A DNA stretch of 64,000 bases from Solirubrobacterales bacterium (GCA_038215095.1 JBBQRG010000003.1:170-64169), one strand, 5' to 3'; positions 47,959 through 58,315 are shown, counted from the first letter of the stretch. The notes: generated from the sequence alone by a model not told the origin. Numbers and translations: made by a program.

Positions 47959-49548
47959 CTACTCCCACTCGATCGTGCCGGGGGGCTTCGACGTGATGTC
48001 GAGCGTGACCCGGTTCACATGCTGGATCTCGTTGATCATGCGGGATGCCACCCGCTCCAGCAGGTCGTAGGGCAGGCGCGCCCAGTCGGCGGTCATGGCA
48101 TCGTCGCTGGTGACGGCCCTGATGACCACGACGTAGCCGTAGGTGCGGCCGTCGCCCTGCACGCCGACGCTGCGCAGGTCGCCCGGCAGCACGCAGAACG
48201 ACTGCCACAGGTCGCGGTAGAGGCCGGCCGCCCGCACCTCCTCCTGGAGGATTGCGTCGGCGTCGCGCAGGATGTCGAGGCGCTCCCTGTTGACCTCGCC
48301 TCCCACGATCCTGATGGCGAGGCCCGGCCCCGGGAAGGGCTGACGCCAGACGAGCCGCTCCGGCAGGCCGACCTCGATGCCGACCTGCCGCACCTCGTCC
48401 TTGAAGAGCATGCGCAGCGGCTCGACCAGCTCGAACTCGAGGTCCTCCGGCAGGCCGCCGACGTTGTGGTGCGACTTGATCGTCTCGGCGCCGGTGCCGC
48501 CGCCGGACTCGATCACGTCCGAGTAGAGCGTGCCCTGCACGAGGTACTTCGGGTTGCCGAGCTGCGCGGCCTGCTCCTCGAACACCCGGATGAACTCGCC
48601 GCCGATGATCTTGCGCTTGGTCTCGGGGTCCGTGACGCCCGCGAGCTTCTCGAGGAAGCGCTCCTCGGCGTCGACGGCGATCAGCGGCACCTTGAACTGG
48701 TCGCGGAAGGCCGCCACGACCTGGTTGCCCTCGTTCTTGCGCATCAGGCCGTGGTCGACGAACACGCAGGTGAGCTGATCCCCCACGGCCTTGTAGGTGA
48801 GCAGCGCCGCCACCGACGAGTCGACCCCGCCCGAGAGTCCGCAGATGACCTTGGCGTCGCCGACCTGGGCGCGGATTCGGGCGATCTGCTCCTCGGCCAC
48901 CGACGCGGCGCTCCACGACATGTCGCAGCCACAGACGTCGCGCAGGAATGTCTCGAGGATCTTCGATCCGTAGGGCGTATGCACGACCTCGGGGTGGAAC
49001 TGGATCCCGTAGAGGCCGCGCTCCGCGTTCTCGATGGCAGCGACGGGCGACTCCGTGGAGGAGGCGAGAGCGTCGAAGCCGGGTGGGGCCTCGAAGACCG
49101 TGTCGCGGTGGCTCATCCAGCAGCTCTGCTCGGCCGGCACGTCGCGCAGCAGGCGGCCGTGCTTGTTAACCGTGAGGTGCGAGCGGCCGAACTCGCCGAC
49201 CTCGGCCCCCTTCACCTTCCCGCCCAGGGAGAGCACCATCGCCTGCATGCCGTAACAGATGCCGAGCACGGGAATGCCGAGCTCGAGCAGCTCCTTGCGC
49301 AGCGCCGGGGCGCCCTCGGCGTAGACAGAGGCGGGCCCGCCGGACAGCAGCAGGCCCTTGGGCCGGCGCCGATCGATCTCCTCGACCGGCACGTCGTGGG
49401 GCAGCAGCTCGGCGAACACGCCGCACTCGCGCACGCGGCGGGCGATCAGCTGCGAGTACTGGCCCCCGAAGTCGAGGACCAGGACCTCATCCAGGGCCGC
49501 GGGGGCTTCCGCCTCTCGCCGCTCGACCGCCGAAGCCGCGTTCGCCAC
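47959..49548 (-). CDS. guaA: GMP synthase (glutamine-hydrolysing)
   Basis: 529 aa. GATase domain (VLGICYGMQ), PP-loop [11 protein letters not shown]-terminal KPPGTIEWE. Confidence 0.97.
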   Translation of the reverse strand: MANAASAVERREAEAPAALDEVLVLDFGGQYSQLIARRVRECGVFAELLPHDVPVEEIDRRRPKGLLLSGGPASVYAEGAPALRKELLELGIPVLGICYGMQAMVLSLGGKVKGAEVGEFGRSHLTVNKHGRLLRDVPAEQSCWMSHRDTVFEAPPGFDALASSTESPVAAIENAERGLYGIQFHPEVVHTPYGSKILETFLRDVCGCDMSWSAASVAEEQIARIRAQVGDAKVICGLSGGVDSSVAALLTYKAVGDQLTCVFVDHGLMRKNEGNQVVAAFRDQFKVPLIAVDAEERFLEKLAGVTDPETKRKIIGGEFIRVFEEQAAQLGNPKYLVQGTLYSDVIESGGGTGAETIKSHHNVGGLPEDLEFELVEPLRMLFKDEVRQVGIEVGLPERLVWRQPFPGPGLAIRIVGGEVNRERLDILRDADAILQEEVRAAGLYRDLWQSFCVLPGDLRSVGVQGDGRTYGYVVVIRAVTSDDAMTADWARLPYDLLERVASRMINEIQHVNRVTLDITSKPPGTIEWE

Positions 49549-50795
49549 TACTCGACGAGCGCCGGGTCGGCGGAGGGGGCCGAGCCGTTCACCACGCCGT
49601 CGGACGCCGGAGCGGCCTTGGCCGCGGACACGGCGCCCATGCCGATCGCCTGGTCGCGCTGGAGCTGCTTGCCCTCGGTCTGGAGCGACGGCGCGACCAT
49701 CACCTCGGCGCGGTGGAACGACGGGATGTCCTCGTAGCCACAGGTGGCCATCGACGTGCGCAGGCTGCCCATCAGGTTGAACGTGCCGTCGTTCTCGTGC
49801 GCGGGGCCGAGCAGGATCTGCTCCAGCGAGCCGTTCTGGGTGGTCTTCACGCGGGCGCCGCGCGGAAGCGACGGGTGGAAGGTGGCCATGCCCCAGTGGA
49901 AGCCGTGGCCCGGCGCCTCGTAGGCGCGCGCGAGCGGCGAGCCGATCATCACGGCGTCGGCGCCGCAGGCGAATGCCTTCGACACGTCGCCGCCGTTGCG
50001 CATGCCGCCGTCGGCGATGACCTTCACGTACTCGCCCGTCTCCAGCATGTGCTGCGAGCGGGCCGCCTGGACGTCGGCGATGGCGGTGGCCTGCGGCACG
50101 CCGATGCCGAGCACGCCGCGGGTGGTGCAGGCGGCGCCCGGGCCCACGCCCACGAGCACGCCGACCGCTCCGGTGCGCATGAGGTGGAGGCCGGTGGAGT
50201 AGGAGGCGCAGCCGCCGACCACGACCGGCACCGGCACCTCGCGGATGAACTCCTTCAGGTTGACCGGCGGGCGCGACTCGTCGGTGGAGACGTGCTCGGC
50301 CGAGATGACCGTGCCCTGGATGACGAGAATGTCGAGCCCGGCCTCGACCGCGGTCTCGTAGTGGGAGCGCACGCGCTGCGGCGTGAGCGAGGCGGCCGCA
50401 ACGACCCCCTGATCTTTGATCTCGCGGATCCGGGCCGCGACCAGCTCCGCCTTGACGGGCTCCATGTAGATGCGCTGCATCTCAGCGGTGGCCTCGTCCG
50501 TGGGCAACTCGGCGATGCGAGCCAGCTCGGCGTCCGGGTCCTCGTAGCGGGTCCAGATGCCCTCGAGGTTGAGCACCGCGAGGCCGCCGAGGTTGCCGAT
50601 GATGCCGGCGGTTTCCGGCGACACCACGCCGTCCATCGCCGAGGCGACCAGCGGCAGCTCGAAGCGGTACGGGCCGAGGGTCCAGGTGATGTCGATGTCG
50701 TCCGGGTCGCGCGTGCGCCTCGAGGGCACGATGGCGATGTCGTCAAAGCCGTATGCGCGACGGCCCTTCTTGCCCCGACCGATCTCAACTTCCAT
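49548..50795 (-). CDS. guaB3: GuaB3-type IMP dehydrogenase-family protein (no CBS insert)
   Basis: 415 aa: [44 protein letters not shown]. Confidence 0.88.
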   Translation of the reverse strand: MEVEIGRGKKGRRAYGFDDIAIVPSRRTRDPDDIDITWTLGPYRFELPLVASAMDGVVSPETAGIIGNLGGLAVLNLEGIWTRYEDPDAELARIAELPTDEATAEMQRIYMEPVKAELVAARIREIKDQGVVAAASLTPQRVRSHYETAVEAGLDILVIQGTVISAEHVSTDESRPPVNLKEFIREVPVPVVVGGCASYSTGLHLMRTGAVGVLVGVGPGAACTTRGVLGIGVPQATAIADVQAARSQHMLETGEYVKVIADGGMRNGGDVSKAFACGADAVMIGSPLARAYEAPGHGFHWGMATFHPSLPRGARVKTTQNGSLEQILLGPAHENDGTFNLMGSLRTSMATCGYEDIPSFHRAEVMVAPSLQTEGKQLQRDQAIGMGAVSAAKAAPASDGVVNGSAPSADPALVE

Positions 50796-50897
50796 GGCGG
50801 CATCCTAGGTTCGACGGCGGACGAAGCCTTGACACTACCAACGCGCTCCAGACGTCCGGAGACGGGGATTTGCGCAGTTTGCGGGGGCGCGCCGCAA

Positions 50898-50918
50898 GCA
50901 CCCGGCTCGGCCGGGTGC
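50898..50918 (-). terminator. Hairpin downstream of pfkB (candidate terminator without a U-tract)
   Basis: GCACCCGGC-TCG-GCCGGGTGC, a 9-bp perfect stem. Begins 14 nt past the pfkB stop. Confidence 0.4.
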
Positions 50919-50931
50919 GCGCGGATGACGT

Positions 50932-51909
50932 TTACCCGGCGGCCTGTACGGCGGGGGCCTCGAGCGTCTCCACCGAGACCTCCGAGGCGAGCCGCTCGAC
51001 CTCGCGGGGATCCACCACGCCGGCTCCGAAATGCTGGGTCGACTCGGCGCCGCAGGCAACCCCGAAGCGCAGGCAGTCCTCGGCCGGGCGGCCGCCGTAG
51101 CGGGCCGCCACATAGCCGGCCAGGAAGGCGTCCCCGGAGCCCACGGACGAGACCGGCTCGAGCGGCTCGAGCGTGGCCCGGTACATCGACACCGCGCCCG
51201 GTCCGTCGGCACCTCCGGCCAGCAAGGCCAGGCAACCGTCGGGGAGCGTCATCAACGCCTCGCGGGCACCGAGGCCGATCATCTCGCGCACGGCCGTGCG
51301 GCGGTCGTCGTCGTCGGCGAACTCGTGGCCCACCAGCTCCTCGGCCTCGAGCTCGTTGGGGCTGACCACGTCCGGGCCGGCGCGCGTCGCCAGCCGCAGC
51401 GGCTCACCCTCGAGGTCGAGCATCACGGTCACGCCGAGCTTCTTCAGCTCCTCGACCAGATGGGCGTAGACCTCGGGCTCGACGCCACGCGGCAGGCTGC
51501 CGGCGAACACGCAGATCGCCGCGCCCTTGGCGAGGTAGAGCAGCTTGTCCACGAAGAGCTCGAGCTCGCCGGGCTCGACCTTCGGGCCGCGCTCGTTGAT
51601 CTCGGTCTGCTCGCCGTTCGTGGGATCCACCACCGCCGTGGACATGCGCGACTCCTCGCGGATGCGGACGAAGTCGTTGAGGATCGCCTCCTCGGTGAGG
51701 TGCTCGATGATGCGCGTGCCGGTCGGGCCGCCGGCGAACCCCGTGGCGATCACCGGCTGGCCGAGCGCCTTCAGCGTGCGCGCTACGTTCACGCCCTTGC
51801 CGCCCGCCATCGCTGTCTGCTCGACGGCGCGGTGCCTGCGGCCCAGCCTGAAGTTGGGCACTGCCAGCGTCTTGTCGATCGCGGCGTTGAGTGTGACTGT
51901 GATGATCAT
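50932..51909 (-). CDS. pfkB: 1-phosphofructokinase / PfkB-family sugar-phosphate kinase
   Basis: 325 aa: MIITVTLNAAIDKT, GGKGVNVA, SSVGSGDAFLAG. The ATG overlaps the dac stop (ATGA). Confidence 0.88.
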   Translation of the reverse strand: MIITVTLNAAIDKTLAVPNFRLGRRHRAVEQTAMAGGKGVNVARTLKALGQPVIATGFAGGPTGTRIIEHLTEEAILNDFVRIREESRMSTAVVDPTNGEQTEINERGPKVEPGELELFVDKLLYLAKGAAICVFAGSLPRGVEPEVYAHLVEELKKLGVTVMLDLEGEPLRLATRAGPDVVSPNELEAEELVGHEFADDDDRRTAVREMIGLGAREALMTLPDGCLALLAGGADGPGAVSMYRATLEPLEPVSSVGSGDAFLAGYVAARYGGRPAEDCLRFGVACGAESTQHFGAGVVDPREVERLASEVSVETLEAPAVQAAG

Positions 51910-53111
51910 TCACGCACGAGCCGCAAGCGGACCCGCAGGCGCAGGGTAGCGATGAAGAGGGTCCCGAGCAGCGCCACGACGACCACCAGGACGAGCGCCA
52001 GGGAGGGCCCGGACAGGAGCTTTCGCGGCAGCCCGGCACCCGGCACGGCGCCGGCCGTGACGAGATCGACGCGGCCGACCGGGCGCCCCCCGCGCAGCAC
52101 CGCCACCGATCCGACGCGGCGGCCCGCGGGTAGCGGCCCCTCGAGCCTCGCGGGTGCCCGCACCCGCCTGCGCACCGGCTGCCCCGACCGCGCCGTCACG
52201 GTCAGACCGCTGCGCGGGACGAGCGCCACGCGCCGGTCGCCGAAGTAGCGCACCTGCGCCCGCGCCAGCACCCGCTTGCGGTCGAGCACGCGCTCGCTGC
52301 GAAAGCGCGACAGCCCGTAGCGCATCAGGGTCAGCGTGTCGGAGTCGCGGGCGGCCTCGCCGGGCTCTCCCATCACCACCGTGATCACGCGAGCTCCGCT
52401 GCGGCCGTGCGCCGCGCCCACCAGCAGGTAGCCGGCCTGCTGCGTGTGGCCGGTCTTCACGCCGTCCACGAACGGGTAGCGCGCGACCAGGTCGTTGCGG
52501 TTGTCCACCACGCGGCGGTGCGCCCCCGAGCGCAGCACCGCCTCGGGTGTGTTCACCACGCGCGCGAAGCGGCGGCTCGTGAGCAGGTGTCGGGCGAGCC
52601 TGGCGAGGTCGGAGGCCGTCGAGTAGTTGCCGGGCTCGTCCAGCCCGACGGGGTTGGCGTAGCTCGTGTCGCGCAGGCCGAGCTGGCGCGCCCGCTCGTT
52701 CATCGCCTCCACGAAGGCCTGGCGCGAGCCCGAGATGCCCTGGGCGAGCGTGGCCGCCGCGTCGTTGGCGCTCTCGAGCAGCAGGGCCGTCAGCAGGTCG
52801 CCCGCGCGCATGCGCTCGCCGGCGCGCAGGTTGATCTTCGACTCCGCGGGGCCGGCGTTGTACTGGGGCGCGGTGAAGACCTCCGAGGGCCGCGTGCGCT
52901 CGAGCGTGAGCAGCGCCGTCATCAGCTTGGTGGTGCTGGCGATCGAGCGGCGCTCGCCGGCGTTGCGGGCGAAGATCACCGCCCCGTCGGCGGCGTCAAT
53001 CACGATTGCCGCCCTGGCCGTCTTCACGGGCGGCGGAGCAGCGGCGGCGTCCCCCGCCACCCCCGCGAGCGCCACCAGCGCCGCCGCGAGCGTGCAGAGG
53101 CGGGACCTCAC
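51906..53111 (-). CDS. D-alanyl-D-alanine carboxypeptidase (serine-type, PBP5-like) with a C-terminal TM anchor
   Basis: 401 aa. Signal peptide present. SxxK (SIASTTK), SxN (ESAND), KTG (VKTGHT). Confidence 0.9.
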   Translation of the reverse strand: MRSRLCTLAAALVALAGVAGDAAAAPPPVKTARAAIVIDAADGAVIFARNAGERRSIASTTKLMTALLTLERTRPSEVFTAPQYNAGPAESKINLRAGERMRAGDLLTALLLESANDAAATLAQGISGSRQAFVEAMNERARQLGLRDTSYANPVGLDEPGNYSTASDLARLARHLLTSRRFARVVNTPEAVLRSGAHRRVVDNRNDLVARYPFVDGVKTGHTQQAGYLLVGAAHGRSGARVITVVMGEPGEAARDSDTLTLMRYGLSRFRSERVLDRKRVLARAQVRYFGDRRVALVPRSGLTVTARSGQPVRRRVRAPARLEGPLPAGRRVGSVAVLRGGRPVGRVDLVTAGAVPGAGLPRKLLSGPSLALVLVVVVALLGTLFIATLRLRVRLRLVRE

Positions 53112-53458
53112 TAGCGCAGCTTGATCTTCTGCCCGGACACGAGCGCCTGCGGGTCGAGGGCCGGATTCAGCTCGAGCAGCTTCGCAACCGGCACGCCCGT
53201 CGTCTGGGCGATGCTGCCGAGCGTGTCGCCCACCTTCACCGTGTAGGTGGCGGCCTGCTTCTTGGACTGGGTCGTGGTCCGGTCGCGCTTGGGCGCGGTG
53301 CTCGTGTCCGCCGTCTTGCTGCCGGACTGGGTGCTCTGGCCTCCCCCGCCGCCGCCCGACCCCGAGCTCAGGACGATGGCGAGGAAGACGAGCACGAAGG
53401 CTCCCAGCGCGAGCGGGGCCAGTATGCGAGCGGGGCTGCGTCTTCCGTGATCCGGCAT
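53111..53458 (-). CDS. LysM-domain membrane protein
   Basis: 115 aa. N-terminal TM, Gly/Ser/Thr linker, LysM motif YTVKVGDTLGSIAQTTGVPVAKLLELNP. Confidence 0.85.
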   Translation of the reverse strand: MPDHGRRSPARILAPLALGAFVLVFLAIVLSSGSGGGGGGQSTQSGSKTADTSTAPKRDRTTTQSKKQAATYTVKVGDTLGSIAQTTGVPVAKLLELNPALDPQALVSGQKIKLR

Positions 53459-53501
53459 GGCTGCGGCGAAGGCAGCATATGGGGGCGCCCGGCCCCCAGG
53501 C

Positions 53502-54404
53502 TCAGCTCAAGAGCGACCAGGCGGCGGCGCGGAGCTCCTCCGCTGCGGCGGCCGCGGCCTCGGCAGGCTGGCCGCCGCGCTGGACGTGGGCGTTCACGAT
53601 CGAACGCGACGCGGTGACGAGGCCGGCCGCCGGGTGCGGCTCGAAGGCCGGGCCCAGATCCTCCACGCGGCCGCCCTGGGCCCCCACGCCGGGCAGCAGG
53701 AAGATCGCGCGCGGCATCAGCTCGCGCAGGCGAGCGAGCAGCTCCGGCTGGGTGGCGCCGGTGACGGCACCGACGCAGGACAGGCCGCAGTCGCCGGTCA
53801 GGGCGGAGCCCAGCTCGTCGGCCAGCCGCGCGAGCCGTTCGTGCAGCGGCGGGTCGCCCGCGTCCTGGAGCTCGGCGGCCCCAGGGTTCGAGGTGCGCAC
53901 GAGCACGAAGCAGGCCGCCCCCGCCGCCGCAGCCGCATCGACCAGCGGCTCGAGCGCGTCGCGGCCGAGCAGCGGGTTGGCGGTGAAGGCGTCGGCCCCG
54001 AGCCCCTGCACCGCTCCGAAGGGCCCGTCGGTCTGGCCCACCAGGGCCTGCGCATAGGCGGCGGCCGTGACCGGCACGTCGCCGCGCTTGCCGTCGGCGA
54101 GCACGAGCAGCCCCGCCTCGCGCGCGGCGGCCGCGGCGTCCTCCAACGCGGCCCAGCCCGGTGGGCCGAGCCGCTCGAAGCAGGCCAGCTGCAGCTTGAC
54201 CGCGACGCAGGCCGCGCCCGCAGCCGCGATGGCGGCGCGGCAATGACGTGCCACCGCGGCCGCCGTGGCCTCGCGCGGATCCTCCGGCTCCGCCGCGTCC
54301 AGCGCCTCGGGCCAGAGCGCGGCGGGGTCCGGATCCAGCCCCAGCACGACGCGGCTCTGGCGCTCCTCCGTGAGCGCCGCGAGCCGGTCGGCGAAATGAG
54401 CCAC
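53502..54404 (-). CDS. pyrF: Orotidine-5'-phosphate decarboxylase (type 2, long form)
   Basis: 300 aa: VVLGLDPD, AVKLQLACFE, LADGKRGDV. Confidence 0.88.
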   Translation of the reverse strand: MAHFADRLAALTEERQSRVVLGLDPDPAALWPEALDAAEPEDPREATAAAVARHCRAAIAAAGAACVAVKLQLACFERLGPPGWAALEDAAAAAREAGLLVLADGKRGDVPVTAAAYAQALVGQTDGPFGAVQGLGADAFTANPLLGRDALEPLVDAAAAAGAACFVLVRTSNPGAAELQDAGDPPLHERLARLADELGSALTGDCGLSCVGAVTGATQPELLARLRELMPRAIFLLPGVGAQGGRVEDLGPAFEPHPAAGLVTASRSIVNAHVQRGGQPAEAAAAAAEELRAAAWSLLS

Positions 54405-54445
54405 CTAAGTCCCCCTGGGCGCTGGGACTCTGCCTGGGGGCTTGC

Positions 54446-54721
54446 TCAGCCCTTAACGGCCTTCTTCAGGCCGGAGCCCGCGCTGAACTTCGGCACCTTG
54501 CTCGCGGCGATCTGGATCTTCTCGCCGGTCTGCGGGTTCACGCCCTGGCGGGCGCCACGGTCGCTCACCGAGAACTTGCCGAAGCCGGTGAAGCTGACTT
54601 CGCCGCCGCGGCGCAGGGTCTCCGAGACCACGCCGATGAAGGCGTCCACGGCCTTGCCGGCCTCGGCCTTGCCGAGCCCCGCCTCAGAGGCCACCTGATC
54701 AGTGAATTCTTGCTTGGTCAC
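54446..54721 (-). CDS. hup: Nucleoid-associated protein HU
   Basis: 91 aa from the GTG after AAGGAGGAAAGA. Motifs GFGKFSV and RQGVNPQTGEKIQI. Confidence 0.95.
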   Translation of the reverse strand: MTKQEFTDQVASEAGLGKAEAGKAVDAFIGVVSETLRRGGEVSFTGFGKFSVSDRGARQGVNPQTGEKIQIAASKVPKFSAGSGLKKAVKG

Positions 54722-54841
54722 TCTTTCCTCCTTCTTGATTGGTCGGCGGAACGTAACAATGCCCGCGGACAAGCGAAGTCCGGCAACCCGCTCTGGAAGC
54801 GGGAAATCCGCAATTTCCGGGCTGACCCGGGCGCATTTCGC

Positions 54842-56200
54842 CTAGGAGCCGGAGACCGACATGGTCCCGATCAGCACCGGAGGCGCCTTCACGCTGCCGC
54901 CGAAGGGGACCCAGCGCGCCTCCGCCCCGACGCCGTCCACGGCCCGCAGCATCGACACGAGGTCGCTCGCGATCGTGAGCTCGCGCACGGGCTGGCCCAA
55001 CTCGCCGTTCTCGATGAGCCGCCCCGACGCCCCCACCGAGAAGGTGCCGGACACGGGGTTCACACCGGAGTGCAGGCCGGCGACGTCGGTCACGTAGAGG
55101 CCGTCGCCCGCGCGCGCCACGAGCTCCTCCAGCGTTCCCTCACCCGGCTCGACGACCAGGTTGCTGGTGCCCACCGACGGGGGCGAGCGGTAGGAGCCGC
55201 GGCTGGCGTTGGCGGTGGTCGCCCGCTCGCCCTTGCGCGCGGTGCGCGTGTCGAACAGGAAGCTCTGGAGCCGGCCGCCCTCGATCAGCGCGGTGCGGCG
55301 CGTGGCGGAGCCCTCGCCGTCGAAGGGCGAGCTGCTCGGGCCGTCCGGGTCGGTGGCGTCGTCGGCGATGGCCAGCGCCGGGTCGGCCACCTCGTCGCCC
55401 TCGCGGTCGGCGAACAGCGAGCGCCCGCGCTGCACCGCGTCCGCGGAAAGCATGCCGCCGATGAAGCCGACGAAGGAGGCCGCCACGAAGGCGTCGAGCA
55501 CGACCGGGCAGCGGCGGCTGGCCGGCTGGCGCGCCCCCACGAGCGAGCGGGCCCGCTCCCCGGCCTCGCGGCCGATCGCCTCGGCATCGAGGCGCCCGGG
55601 GTCGCGGGCGAGGCCGACACCGAGCCCGGTCATCAGGTCCGAGCCCTCGCCGGCGAAAGCCGACGCGTAGGACCACGCGCCGGTGACCGCGTAGCCGGAC
55701 TGGAAGCCGCGCGAGTTGGCCAGCGCGACCGTGGCCTCGGCGTCGGAGTAGACGGCGTTCTCGACCTGGGTCACGCCCTCGACCGCCCGCGCGGCGCGCT
55801 CGACCTCCAGCGCCAGCTCGACCTTCTGCTCGGTCGACCAGTCGTCGAACGCGGCGGAGCGCAGCCCGGCCACCTCGGTCGCGCCGGATTCCTCCGGCAG
55901 GCCGTCGAACTCGTCCTCGTCGGCCACCGCTGCCGACTCGTAGGCCGCCCGCGCGACCCTGGTCACGCCGTCCTCGCTCAGGTCGGTGCCGTAGGCGTAG
56001 CCGGAGCGCCCGCCCTCGGCGAAGGCGCGCACCCCCACGCCGCGGCCACCGGCGTCGCTGAGGCTCTCGACCTCGCCGTCGTACACGTGCACGTTGCGGC
56101 TGACACCGCTCTCCGTGAAGCCCTCGGCGTCGCTGGCGCCGGCGGCGAGCGCCGCCTCGACCGCGCGCCGGGCCGCGGCCTCGAGCTCGCCGTCGGTCAT
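54842..56200 (-). CDS. pmbA: PmbA/TldE-family metalloprotease subunit
   Basis: 452 aa from MTDGELEAAARRAVE. Typical C-terminal GVNPVSGTFSVGASG. The ATG overlaps the tldD stop (ATGA). Confidence 0.88.
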   Translation of the reverse strand: MTDGELEAAARRAVEAALAAGASDAEGFTESGVSRNVHVYDGEVESLSDAGGRGVGVRAFAEGGRSGYAYGTDLSEDGVTRVARAAYESAAVADEDEFDGLPEESGATEVAGLRSAAFDDWSTEQKVELALEVERAARAVEGVTQVENAVYSDAEATVALANSRGFQSGYAVTGAWSYASAFAGEGSDLMTGLGVGLARDPGRLDAEAIGREAGERARSLVGARQPASRRCPVVLDAFVAASFVGFIGGMLSADAVQRGRSLFADREGDEVADPALAIADDATDPDGPSSSPFDGEGSATRRTALIEGGRLQSFLFDTRTARKGERATTANASRGSYRSPPSVGTSNLVVEPGEGTLEELVARAGDGLYVTDVAGLHSGVNPVSGTFSVGASGRLIENGELGQPVRELTIASDLVSMLRAVDGVGAEARWVPFGGSVKAPPVLIGTMSVSGS

Positions 56201-57582
56201 TCCCCGGTCCCGCCCACCGTGAGCTGGCGGATGCGCACGTGCGGCTGCCCGACCCCGGCCGGCACGCTCTGCCCGGCCTTGCCGCAGTAGCCCGTGGCGA
56301 TGTCGAGGTCGCCCGCGATCGCGTCGATGGCCGCCAGCGCCTCGAGCCCGTTGCCCACCAGCGTGGCGCCGCGCACCGGCGCCGTCACCTCGCCGTTCTC
56401 GATCAGGTAGGCCTCGGATACGCCGAAGACGAAGTCGCCGGTGGCGGGCTCCACCTGGCCGCCGCCGAACGAGACCGCGTACAGCCCGCGCTCGACGCCC
56501 GCGAAGAGGTCCTCGCGGCTGGCCTGGCCGGGCGCGAAGTAGGTGTTGGTCATGCGTGGCACCGGCACGTAGCGGAAGCTCTCGCGGCGGCCGTTGCCCG
56601 TGGACTCGACGCCGTCCTTGCGCGCGCGCAGCAGGTCGTAGAGGTAGGCGGTGAGCTGGCCGTTCTCGATCACTGTGGTGCGGCGGGTCGGCGTGCCCTC
56701 GTCGTCGATGCCGTCGCTGCCCCACTCCCCGGTCTTGAGGCCGTCGTCGTAGGCGGTCACGAAAGGCTCGGCCACCTGCTCGCCGAGCTTGCCCGCGTAC
56801 ACGCTGGCGCGCTTCTGCACGGCGTCCGCCTCGAGCCCGTGGCCCACCGCCTCGTGCAGCAGCACGCCGCCGAAGCCGTTGCCCACCACCACCGGCAGCC
56901 GGCCGGTGGGCGCGTCCACGGCGTCGAGCATGGTGAGCGCCTTGCGGGCGGCCGCCTCGGCCACCTGCTCGGGGTCGGTCTCGATCAGCTCCCAGCCGGC
57001 GTGCCCGCCGCGGGTGTCGGTGCCGGTCTCCACTCGGCCGTCGCGTCGCGCCACGACCTGGGCGCTGAGCCTGACGCGTGTGCGGTCGTCGGCCGCCGCG
57101 AGCCCGTCGGAGTTGAATACCTGCACGCGCCGGCGTCCCTCGGCGTAGCCCACGCGCGCCTGCGCGACCTCGTCGCCGGCCGCACGGGCGCGCTCGTCGA
57201 GGGCTCGCAGCAGGTCGGCCTTGGTGGAGGCGTCCACCTCCTGGGGGCGCTTGGCGATCGGGTGCACGTCGCGCGGCTCCGCGGCGCTGAGCGCGGCGGG
57301 ATGCTCGGCCTCGCCACGCACGGCCTCGGCCACCGAGCCCGCGGCACGGAGCAGGTCAGGCTCGGCGAGCCCGTCCACGTAGCCGTAGTAGCTGGCCTCG
57401 CCCTCCACCACTCGCACGCAGGCGCCGAGCTCGAGCCCCGCTACCGGACGCTCGACCTTGCTGTCGTCGAGCGATAGCCGGAAGCCCTCGCGGGACTCCG
57501 CGTAGAGCTCGGCCAGGTCGCCGCCGCGCTGCAGCGCGGCCTCGAGCACGCGACCCGCCAGCTCGGGGTCGACGAAGGTCAT
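56197..57582 (-). CDS. tldD: TldD-family metalloprotease
   Basis: 461 aa. Metal-binding motif LLHEAVGHGLEAD and C-terminal GYCGKAGQSVP. Confidence 0.92.
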   Translation of the reverse strand: MTFVDPELAGRVLEAALQRGGDLAELYAESREGFRLSLDDSKVERPVAGLELGACVRVVEGEASYYGYVDGLAEPDLLRAAGSVAEAVRGEAEHPAALSAAEPRDVHPIAKRPQEVDASTKADLLRALDERARAAGDEVAQARVGYAEGRRRVQVFNSDGLAAADDRTRVRLSAQVVARRDGRVETGTDTRGGHAGWELIETDPEQVAEAAARKALTMLDAVDAPTGRLPVVVGNGFGGVLLHEAVGHGLEADAVQKRASVYAGKLGEQVAEPFVTAYDDGLKTGEWGSDGIDDEGTPTRRTTVIENGQLTAYLYDLLRARKDGVESTGNGRRESFRYVPVPRMTNTYFAPGQASREDLFAGVERGLYAVSFGGGQVEPATGDFVFGVSEAYLIENGEVTAPVRGATLVGNGLEALAAIDAIAGDLDIATGYCGKAGQSVPAGVGQPHVRIRQLTVGGTGE

Positions 57583-57827
57583 GTGTCTTCCTTCGGCGCG
57601 AGCGCCGGTGCCGCCGGTGGCGGCTCGCCGGCCAGCGCGACCATCCGCTCGCTGAGCTCCAGCACGCGGGCGTGGCCACGGGCCTCGGGCTGGAGCAGCC
57701 GCGCGAGCCCGGCCGCGTCGTACACCAGCACGCGCGGCTCGCGGTCGCGCGCGATCCGGCGCATGGTGGCCGCCGCCCCGCCGGCCAGCCCGGTGGCGCG
57801 CCCGAATGCGCCCTTCTTCTCCTTCAC
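57579..57827 (-). CDS. Hypothetical 82-aa protein translationally coupled on both sides
   Basis: The GTG overlaps the upstream stop (GTGA) and its TGA overlaps the tldD ATG (ATGA). Third codon positions are G/C-rich. No motif recognised. Confidence 0.5.
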   Translation of the reverse strand: MKEKKGAFGRATGLAGGAAATMRRIARDREPRVLVYDAAGLARLLQPEARGHARVLELSERMVALAGEPPPAAPALAPKEDT

Positions 57828-58216
57828 GCCGCCGCCTCGCGCCTGACGATCGGCGGGCCGCCCTCGAGCTCGTGCAGCACCGAGCGCAGGTCGTAGAGCA
57901 TCAAAGAGGGGAGCGCCTTGCGCCGCGCCACGACCGCGAGCGTCCAACGCGGCGTGCGCGAGGCGAACACGGCACCGCCGGGCACCTGCGCCTCGACCTG
58001 CTCGGCGGGCTCCCCGCGGGTGCCGGAGTCGACGGCCTCGAAGATCCCGCGCGCGAGCTCGCCCAGCTCCTGCGCGCGGGCCGCGTCGGGCTCGGTGCTG
58101 GCGGCCAGCGCGCCCGCGGCGTCGAGCAGCACGGCGGTGTGCGCGTCAACCGACAGGGTGCAGAGCCGCTCGGGCGTTTGCTCGGGCTTGAGCGTCTCGG
58201 CCGCCATCGAGGTCAC
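57824..58216 (-). CDS. Putative Roadblock/LC7 (MglB-like) domain protein
   Basis: 130 aa. The order of segments resembles the Robl/LC7 pattern: AVLLDAAGALAAS, then ELGELARGIFEAV, then QVEAQVPGGAVFASRTPRWTLAVVARRKALPSLMLYDLRSVLHEL. Assigned by eye only. Confidence 0.45.
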   Translation of the reverse strand: MTSMAAETLKPEQTPERLCTLSVDAHTAVLLDAAGALAASTEPDAARAQELGELARGIFEAVDSGTRGEPAEQVEAQVPGGAVFASRTPRWTLAVVARRKALPSLMLYDLRSVLHELEGGPPIVRREAAA

Positions 58217-58315
58217 AATACTCAGGTGCCCCTATCGCGAATCTCATGGCTCGTGACCGTCGGGATCTGCCTGGTCGCGGCCCTGCTGCTCATCCTCTCG
58301 GGCTATTCGGGCTAC

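Noticed and set aside
57579-57947. 122-aa version of the ORF upstream of tldD
   Set aside because: Its first 40 codons overlap the 3' end of the Roadblock-like ORF in another frame and are Arg/Gly/Ala-rich. The GTG at 57827, which forms a GTGA overlap with the upstream stop, gives the more plausible 82-aa product.
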